Source of the DNA: a virus | IMG/VR virus record: IMGVR_UViG_3300034072_000578 | Span: 32,001 to 96,000 of that record | DNA: 64,000 nucleotides | Reading direction: 5' to 3' (one strand) | Shown here: positions 57,708 to 64,000 of the stretch, in pieces | Position numbering within the stretch: the stretch's first letter is position 1 | Layout: every line of letters begins with the position of its first letter | Notes under the pieces: model-generated | The model's input: only the letters and a program-made list of their open reading frames with translations | Told to the model about the DNA's origin: nothing | Database searches by the model: none | Translations under genes and position numbers: made by a program

Positions 57708-58627
57708 TATCTATCCTCGATAGTGTTGTAAGGGATTTGTTTGCGGAATTGACGCCAACCGTAGAAGTTGCCATGTTCTTTAGGATTGGCCCAACCAATA
57801 TCTTCTTTATATTCTACGCCACCGACACCGCTATCGTGATACTCGTATTTCTTAGTATCTGGCGTAGCAACATGTTCTGCCGGTGAAGCATGAACGGGAC
57901 GGCTTACCATTAGTAGTTCGTAGCGCTTTAATTCCTTTTCAAAAGAACCATCGCCGTCGAACGGCTTAATTGTTAGCCGTGCGCAACGTGCTACCGAAAT
58001 CTTCTTAAGAATATCAATAGTTTCTAGCTCGGTAGGCTGGACGCCATTCTTATCAAGAAAGTATTGCCAAGCTAGAGTAGTATCGCCGGAAGCAATATAG
58101 GGCATATGCCAGTCACCGGGCTTGATGGCTTCTGGTGTGCTATTATCCATAGCTAGCTTCATTTGCTTAGCTAGTTCGTCAATCTCTGGCTGCGCCCCTA
58201 CTTCATCGCGTAGTTCGAAGAAGTTTGCCCAATCGGTAGAGCTTACTAGAACGTCAATATAACCAAACCATTCTAGCGGACGGTTAGCCCATTGCTTATG
58301 AACTTTTAGGTTATTAAGCTGTCTTACAGCGCCCTTAGTAAAGTCCACAAGAGATAGCCAAATATCTTCGGCTGTTTTGCGATCCTCATCGCTCATTTCC
58401 TGCGAAGCAACCATTCCGGGTTGGTTCATCATGAAATGTGGAACATAGGGAGCTTCTTCTAGAAGCGTTGCTACGGGAACTGCTCTAGAGCTTCTACCGT
58501 TGCGACTGAATACCCGGTGTGTCATGAACTCTGAGTGGATCATGCGGGGGTATCGTAGGTGGAGGGTGGTTAATCGAACGCCCTCTGGTGAAATACTATC
58601 ACAAATAACTTTAGCTGTTATAGCCAT
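57707..58627 (-). CDS. thyX: flavin-dependent thymidylate synthase
   Basis: 'HSEFMTHRVFSRNGRSSRA', 'HKQWANR', 'HASPAEH'. Confidence 0.85.
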   Translation of the reverse strand: MAITAKVICDSISPEGVRLTTLHLRYPRMIHSEFMTHRVFSRNGRSSRAVPVATLLEEAPYVPHFMMNQPGMVASQEMSDEDRKTAEDIWLSLVDFTKGAVRQLNNLKVHKQWANRPLEWFGYIDVLVSSTDWANFFELRDEVGAQPEIDELAKQMKLAMDNSTPEAIKPGDWHMPYIASGDTTLAWQYFLDKNGVQPTELETIDILKKISVARCARLTIKPFDGDGSFEKELKRYELLMVSRPVHASPAEHVATPDTKKYEYHDSGVGGVEYKEDIGWANPKEHGNFYGWRQFRKQIPYNTIEDR

Positions 58628-58872
58628 ATTAACTTTCGTTCTTTATGGTTCCAGTTAGGAACTAGTTTCTTAGGCTCTTCTGCTAGAATTGCCTTATGGA
58701 TTTCGTGGACTGCTGCCGCTACTAGAGTATCTTTATTGCGGTGAGACAGAACGAACTCTGCCCCACCTTCACCCATAGCTCTTACAGCATAATACAAGCT
58801 ACCATCGGTAAACAGCGAGAAGTCATCACTTACCTGTTCCGTTTCTGGTAGCGCTTTGAATTTAGAAATCAT
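58618..58872 (-). CDS. hypothetical protein
   Basis: ORF between nrdB and thyX; start uncertain. Confidence 0.45.
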   Translation of the reverse strand: MISKFKALPETEQVSDDFSLFTDGSLYYAVRAMGEGGAEFVLSHRNKDTLVAAAVHEIHKAILAEEPKKLVPNWNHKERKLIWL

Positions 58873-59830
58873 ATGCGTTATCGTCCCATTCGCCTTCCGT
58901 AGAGGCTTTAGCATACTCTGTTACGCGGGTTTCGAAGAAGTTGCCATGTTCCGCAGCATTAAGCATACCCGGAATCCAAGGTAGCGGCATGACATCGATT
59001 TCGAAGAGCTTACCGTCAAAGCCTAGCTGATTAAACCGCAGGTTGGCGATCCACATCATATAATCTTTAACCTCTTGCGCCTCAAGCCCTTCTACCGGTC
59101 CCATTTCAAACACTAGGTCAATGAACTTGAATTCATTTGTTACCGCTTGTCTGATGACCTTTTCTACTTTGGGTCTTAAGATACGCTTATCTAGGTTCTT
59201 TTCCGCTACAAAGGTCTGGAATAGCTTGGCCATTCCTTCGCAGTGCATGGATTCGTCACGAACCGACCAAGCGATAATATCGCCCATTCCCTTAAGCTTG
59301 TTATGGCGGGGGAAGTTTAGTAGGATCGCGAAGGAAGCAAACAGGCTGATGCCTTCGGTTGCTGCGCTGAAAGCTGCGATAGCTTCGGCTAGCTCCATGT
59401 CCGTTTCGGGATCGAAGCTATGGATGAAGTCAAGCTTAGCTTGCATTTCCTCATACTGCTGGAATGCGCTAAATTCAACCTCTGGTAGCCCAAGTGTTTG
59501 AAGTAAATGTGCATAAGCTACTAAGTGAACTGTTTCCATGTTCTCAAATGCTGTTAGCATCATACTTACTTCGGTTCTTTTGAAGAACTTCTTATACTTT
59601 TCTGCGTAGCAGTTCTTAATCTCTTCGTCTGACTTAGTAAAGAGGCGGAATACCTGCGTTACTACGTTCTTCTCAGGAATGGTTAGTTTGTTCTCCCAAT
59701 CCTTTACATCGTCACCCATTGTTGCCTCTTTAGGCATCCAATGGTTATTTTGTTGCTTTTCCCAATAATCAAAAGCCCATGGGTAGGCTAGCGGATATAA
59801 CGCACCGCCGCTTTCTGTTACTGATACCAT
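58862..59830 (-). CDS. nrdB: ribonucleotide reductase class I beta subunit
   Basis: 'ETVH..AY', 'EGISLFASF', 'RDESMH', 'NFFETRVTEY'. Confidence 0.95.
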   Translation of the reverse strand: MVSVTESGGALYPLAYPWAFDYWEKQQNNHWMPKEATMGDDVKDWENKLTIPEKNVVTQVFRLFTKSDEEIKNCYAEKYKKFFKRTEVSMMLTAFENMETVHLVAYAHLLQTLGLPEVEFSAFQQYEEMQAKLDFIHSFDPETDMELAEAIAAFSAATEGISLFASFAILLNFPRHNKLKGMGDIIAWSVRDESMHCEGMAKLFQTFVAEKNLDKRILRPKVEKVIRQAVTNEFKFIDLVFEMGPVEGLEAQEVKDYMMWIANLRFNQLGFDGKLFEIDVMPLPWIPGMLNAAEHGNFFETRVTEYAKASTEGEWDDNAYDF

Positions 59831-59831
59831 A

Positions 59832-60128
59832 TTACCTATCTAGTTTATCGTTGATCTGTAGGAGAATTCTTGCTGCTGCTGCTCTACCAGATTCACCAGT
59901 GAACGCAACCGGTAGTAGTTTACCTTGTGGGTTGCCTCTATATAGAGCGTTAGCCCTATGATGGTCTATCCCCGATCTTAGTAGGCTCTCTACATTAGAA
60001 CCTTCTATAATAATGGTGCAAGCAGGCTTATTTTTAGTTGCTGCTACTGGAATGGTGGTCCACGGTGCATTTCCATACACCGTAAACTCTTGACCATCAA
60101 TCTCAATCCGTCTTGTTAATACTGGCAA
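59832..60128 (-). CDS. hypothetical protein
   Basis: 98-aa ORF between nrdA and nrdB. Confidence 0.5.
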   Translation of the reverse strand: MPVLTRRIEIDGQEFTVYGNAPWTTIPVAATKNKPACTIIIEGSNVESLLRSGIDHHRANALYRGNPQGKLLPVAFTGESGRAAAARILLQINDKLDR

Positions 60129-60245
60129 TGTATTTCCGTTTCTCGATTTCGCTAAATGCTTCGTTGAATTTATCTAAAGCCCCAACAGCAAGCTTACGTA
60201 GATATTCTACGTAAGCTTCTAGATGGGCATCACTCATATTCTCAA

Positions 60246-62186
60246 TTACTGACATGCCATGCAACCTTCATCTTCTTCAAAGTCCATATCAGCTACCGGC
60301 TCTTCAAGGTGCGTTACTTCCTTTAGAACTAGATCAGGCTGTTTGATCGCTTGTGGCATTTCGCCTACTACGTTCGTTGCTACTAGGGTAGAGCGGCTAC
60401 GATTGTAGTAAAGTCCCTTAAGACCTAGTGACCATGCCTTAAAGTGTAGCTTGTTAATATCGCTCTTCTTAGCCGTAGCATAAACAAAGATATTAACTGA
60501 CTGACCCTGACAGATATATTCCTGTCTGTCGGCGGCATGTTCGATGATCCAATTCTGATCGATTTCAAAGGCGGTCTTAAATACTTCCTTTTCTAATTCG
60601 TCCAGATATGGAAGGCCCTGCACCGATCCCTTACCATGTTCGTTGTCCATGATATAGGCCCACTGCGCTTCAACCCAAGCCTTTTGCTTCTTATCATAGT
60701 CAGGGTCCATATCGTCATAGCCGTGAAGCTTTACGTATTTAACCTGTAGACAAGCGTTTAACCACTTGTTACGGACAATGAACTGACCGCTTAGTGTCTT
60801 CTGTTTGAAGATATTAGCGGTAAATGGCTCGATGCCGGGGCTTGCTTCGCCGCAAATGATGCTGATCGATGCTGTAGGAGCTACGGCAAACATATGGCTG
60901 AAACGGACGTTTAGGCCCACTCTAGCGGCATCTGGGCAAGGGCCACGCTCGGTAGCTAGCTTGTCGTTTACCTCGTCGGCGGTTTCCTTTAGCCATTTGT
61001 GGATTTTCTTATTCCACACCTTAGCCATAACGCCTTCAAACGGAATCTTGTTCTTCTGTAGGAAGCTATGGAAGCCCATAACGCCTAGACCAATAGAACG
61101 CTCCATTCTAGCTGAGTAGTTAGGACGCTCGAAACCGGGAACACCATGCGTATTTTCGATGAAGTTCTGCATGTTGTTATCTAGGAAACGTAATACGTCT
61201 TCTAGGAACTGCTTGTTATCCTGCCACTGGTCATAGGTTTCTAGGTTAACACTTGAAAGGCAACATACAGCGGTTCTACGGCGACCATTGTAATCGATAC
61301 CAGTTGTTAAAGTAATCTCACTGCAAAGATTGCTAGTGCTATTTAATAGACCGTTCTTCTTATAGACTAGAGGGCGCTTTTCATTAACGGTATCTACGAA
61401 CCATAGATAAGGCTCACCAGTATTAATACGACGTTCTAGAATCTGTTCCCAAAGCTTACGCGCTTTAATTGTCTTAATAACTGCCTTAGTCTTAGGTGAT
61501 ACTAAGTCCCAATCGGCATTTACTTTAACAGCTTCCATGAAAGCATTGGTAATAACAACACCGTGATGAGCATGGAGAGCCTTACGCTCTGGCGCTCCCT
61601 TGTGCGGGTTACGTAGCTCTACGAACTCTTCGATTTCAGGGTGGTTTACGTCCAGATAGAAGGCCGCTGAGCCTCTACGTAGGTTCCCTTGGCTGATCGC
61701 TAGGCAATCTGCTGCTGTTGATACGACGAAAGGAATTGCGCCGCTGGTTTCGCCGACTCTGCCGGTTTCATCTTCGCCACCTACAGGCTCGCCAATTGAG
61801 CGGATTTCGGATAGGTTAGTGCCGATCCCACCGCCACGGCTTGCTAGCCATTTATTTTCTAATTGGGTTTCAAAGATTTCAGATAGGGAGTCGCCCATCT
61901 GATTAAGGAAGCAGCTAATTGTTAGGTTTTTCTTGCTACCGGAGTTGCTTAGAACCGGAGTAGCTGGCATGAACCATAGGTTGCTGATGTAATCGTATAG
62001 ACGCTGGGCGTGTGCGTCATCATCACTGTTTACGGCTGCTACACGGGCGAACATTTGCTGGAATGTTTCGTCGGTCCATAAGTAGCGGTCTTTTAGGGTT
62101 TGCTTAGCAAAGCGAGTTAGTTTGCGATCCCGCTCATTATCAATTGTGATTGTTCTATTAAAATTATTATAAATTTCTGTTGTCAT
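60246..62186 (-). CDS. nrdA: ribonucleotide reductase class I alpha subunit
   Basis: 'ISCF', 'GGGIG', 'SNLCSEI', 'VCCLSS', 'APTAS', C-terminal 'CMACQ'. Confidence 0.95.
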   Translation of the reverse strand: MTTEIYNNFNRTITIDNERDRKLTRFAKQTLKDRYLWTDETFQQMFARVAAVNSDDDAHAQRLYDYISNLWFMPATPVLSNSGSKKNLTISCFLNQMGDSLSEIFETQLENKWLASRGGGIGTNLSEIRSIGEPVGGEDETGRVGETSGAIPFVVSTAADCLAISQGNLRRGSAAFYLDVNHPEIEEFVELRNPHKGAPERKALHAHHGVVITNAFMEAVKVNADWDLVSPKTKAVIKTIKARKLWEQILERRINTGEPYLWFVDTVNEKRPLVYKKNGLLNSTSNLCSEITLTTGIDYNGRRRTAVCCLSSVNLETYDQWQDNKQFLEDVLRFLDNNMQNFIENTHGVPGFERPNYSARMERSIGLGVMGFHSFLQKNKIPFEGVMAKVWNKKIHKWLKETADEVNDKLATERGPCPDAARVGLNVRFSHMFAVAPTASISIICGEASPGIEPFTANIFKQKTLSGQFIVRNKWLNACLQVKYVKLHGYDDMDPDYDKKQKAWVEAQWAYIMDNEHGKGSVQGLPYLDELEKEVFKTAFEIDQNWIIEHAADRQEYICQGQSVNIFVYATAKKSDINKLHFKAWSLGLKGLYYNRSRSTLVATNVVGEMPQAIKQPDLVLKEVTHLEEPVADMDFEEDEGCMACQ

Positions 62187-62253
62187 TCTTACCTCTAAAA
62201 CTTGGCTGGCTATTATACATTCATCTTTATTTTAAACGAGTCCTTGACAGCCA

Positions 62254-62784
62254 TTATCGCCAAGTATTATTCAAATTAATTTGCGTGATCGTTGTCCTAT
62301 TAACACCGAAAAGTTTAGCTATGTCTTTGTGGTATATACCATCATTCAGCATAGCCCTTATTCTTACCACTTCTTCTGCGGATAGTTTAGCTAAATGCGA
62401 TTTCTCACCCCGGCTATCCGTCCCATGATCGAGCCTATCCGCTTGGTTAGCTTTCTTAGTATCCCATCTTAAGTTCGACAGGATATTGTTAGATTTGTTA
62501 CCATCGTTATGGCAGCAATCATGTAAATCACTTGGGCGCTGGCCGATAAAAGATTCTAATACCAATTTATGTATCGAGAATGTCTTAGATAAATCACCTA
62601 CCGTTAGGTCGCAGTAAGCATAACCTTTATGCTCCCTAGGCTTAATTGGCTTGCCTTTAAATAGACGCATATGAGGTCTAGAACCACGAACTTGAACGAC
62701 TCTATCTAAAGAACGCACCCTACCTAAATTAGAGACTTCGTAATACAATTCCCAACCTACTACAGGCTTCCATTCTTCTATCAT
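62254..62784 (-). CDS. NUMOD4-HNH endonuclease
   Basis: 'WKPVVGWELYYEVSNLGRVRS', 'HNDGNKSNNILSNLRW', C-terminal HTH. Confidence 0.9.
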   Translation of the reverse strand: MIEEWKPVVGWELYYEVSNLGRVRSLDRVVQVRGSRPHMRLFKGKPIKPREHKGYAYCDLTVGDLSKTFSIHKLVLESFIGQRPSDLHDCCHNDGNKSNNILSNLRWDTKKANQADRLDHGTDSRGEKSHLAKLSAEEVVRIRAMLNDGIYHKDIAKLFGVNRTTITQINLNNTWR

Positions 62785-63350
62785 TTAAAAACCATACTTG
62801 ACTTAAAATATTTAATACCTGCGAAGCCTACCGCTACAGCATCCGCTAGGTGTTCGTTTTCGTTCTTAAGATATAGACCTTCCTTGGTCTTAATATCCAT
62901 CTTATTAGAGCGCTTACTAGTAAGCCATCCCGCATCGGGGAACTTCTTATAGCCCCACTCGATCATATCTTCCTTGTCGGCGTGTTTAAAGCCTGTAGCG
63001 GCTTCCTTGACTTCTAAGGGATATACCGGGATGAATGGGATTGGAAGGCAAGCATACATGGCTGTAACCCCTCCAAAAGCGAACGCTGCTCTAGCGTCCT
63101 GCGCCCCGCTTGGGACTTCTCCGAAAGCAACTTCGCAGTTGAATTCTTCTATCGTATTTCGGAGACAAAGCCAATGGCTCTGAAAACGCGCTAGATCGTC
63201 ATAGGACTTACGCATTTTCTTATCGGTCGTAGGGGTGGTTTTATTAAGGTGTAAATTGACAACCCCCGTAATCTTGGGGGTGTCAATATCTAAAGTAACT
63301 ACAGCTAAACCTAAATTCTGTAAACTACCGTCTATACAAATTGCTTTCAT
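62781..63350 (-). CDS. RuvC-like Holliday junction resolvase
   Basis: 'ICIDGSLQNLG', 'GEVP', 'EVK...G...ADKEDM', 'HLADAVA'. Confidence 0.8.
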   Translation of the reverse strand: MKAICIDGSLQNLGLAVVTLDIDTPKITGVVNLHLNKTTPTTDKKMRKSYDDLARFQSHWLCLRNTIEEFNCEVAFGEVPSGAQDARAAFAFGGVTAMYACLPIPFIPVYPLEVKEAATGFKHADKEDMIEWGYKKFPDAGWLTSKRSNKMDIKTKEGLYLKNENEHLADAVAVGFAGIKYFKSSMVFK

Positions 63351-63889
63351 TAATAAATGCCGTAACTCTTCAATCTACTGTAAGCGCTTTCTCTTACTTC
63401 TTTCTTTTCCGCTTCTTCTAGGAATGTAGCGCTCTCATTTAGAACAGTTCCTAATGCGGGGTTATTTCGGATCATAGCTTGTAGCGCCTTGATCGAATTA
63501 ACTTTGGCTTCCGCGAAGGCTTTGTTGAACTGTTCGTCAATAAGGACGCGGAAGTCTTGCCTTGTTTCCCCTTCGTCAGAAGGGGTATAGACTGTGATTA
63601 GTTCCGCATCATCTACAAAGAAAATTTTATCTTTCGCCCCATAGACCGTAGTGAAACCGATCTTGGAGGTTCCTTTAACGACTGTAACGCCACTAACTGT
63701 AACTAGTTCGTCTTGTGCGAAGCTATAATGTGTCTTCGCATCAAGAGAGCTTTCAAAGGGAAGGTCTACAATAGCCCTGTCAGCACTATCGCTAACAAAT
63801 TGTATCCCATCCCTAAATGCTTCGAATGCAGTTACTATCGCTTTTACATCAATATCTTTATCGATACTTTCTAGTAACTTAGGGTTCAT
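63350..63889 (-). CDS. hypothetical protein
   Basis: 179-aa coupled ORF. Confidence 0.55.
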   Translation of the reverse strand: MNPKLLESIDKDIDVKAIVTAFEAFRDGIQFVSDSADRAIVDLPFESSLDAKTHYSFAQDELVTVSGVTVVKGTSKIGFTTVYGAKDKIFFVDDAELITVYTPSDEGETRQDFRVLIDEQFNKAFAEAKVNSIKALQAMIRNNPALGTVLNESATFLEEAEKKEVRESAYSRLKSYGIY

Positions 63890-64000
63890 TTAAATATCCT
63901 GTGATAATACTGTCTCCATTCTCTTTATAAACTTTCGTATAGTTAGGAATCCAACTGCGAAGTTCGTTATGAGAGATAACAAGGATGGTTCCCTTGGAAG

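Noticed and set aside
58862-62186. Introns or inteins in nrdA, nrdB, terL or the helicase
   Set aside because: The ORFs are contiguous and of normal length; the HNH genes are free-standing.
1-64000. Genome-wide stop-codon reassignment suggested by suppressor-like tRNAs
   Set aside because: Core genes are full length under the standard code, and TAG, TAA and TGA all end genes.
1-64000. CRISPR array, integrase or IS element
   Set aside because: No regularly spaced repeat-spacer array and no recombinase or transposase motifs were seen.

Overview
This window is part of a lytic-looking tailed dsDNA phage genome, probably infecting an alphaproteobacterium (CGAATC/GANTC-containing promoters, tRNA-His with A73 and no G-1, a chromosomal-type parS site). 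Layout: 1-10.6 kb (minus strand) is the head/packaging module, with head-completion genes, major capsid, scaffold, portal, TerL/TerS, an Ig-like/polysaccharide-deacetylase protein and a ParB-like protein. 10.6-31.3 kb (mostly plus strand) holds a helicase, dNMP kinase, a large tRNA array interleaved with a GH19 endolysin, HNH genes and structured non-coding spacers, then an MT-A70 methyltransferase, HD (p)ppGpp-hydrolase-like and Pth2-like genes, a vWA-TerB-TerC operon, a ~780-nt GOLLD-like large ncRNA with an embedded tRNA-Lys, four aberrant tRNA-like RNAs, and a primase-like gene. 31.3-39.3 kb is a promoter-, palindrome- and repeat-rich putative early or terminal region with parS. 39.3-64 kb (minus strand) holds small hypothetical genes, five more tRNAs and nucleotide-metabolism genes (dCMP deaminase, DnaQ exonuclease, RNA ligase, MazG-like, thyX, nrdAB, ruvC-like). 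About 28 tRNA or tRNA-like genes cover all 20 amino acids. The strongest candidates for new biology are (1) the RNA system formed by the GOLLD-like RNA, the anticodon-less tRNA mimics and the inter-tRNA structured RNAs, (2) a family of GcrA/CcrM-type (CGAATCR) promoters, and (3) an 8-nt-loop CUA-containing tRNA near an amber/Pro-Pro uORF and a Pth2-like gene. All calls were made by eye; no database or covariance-model searches were run.
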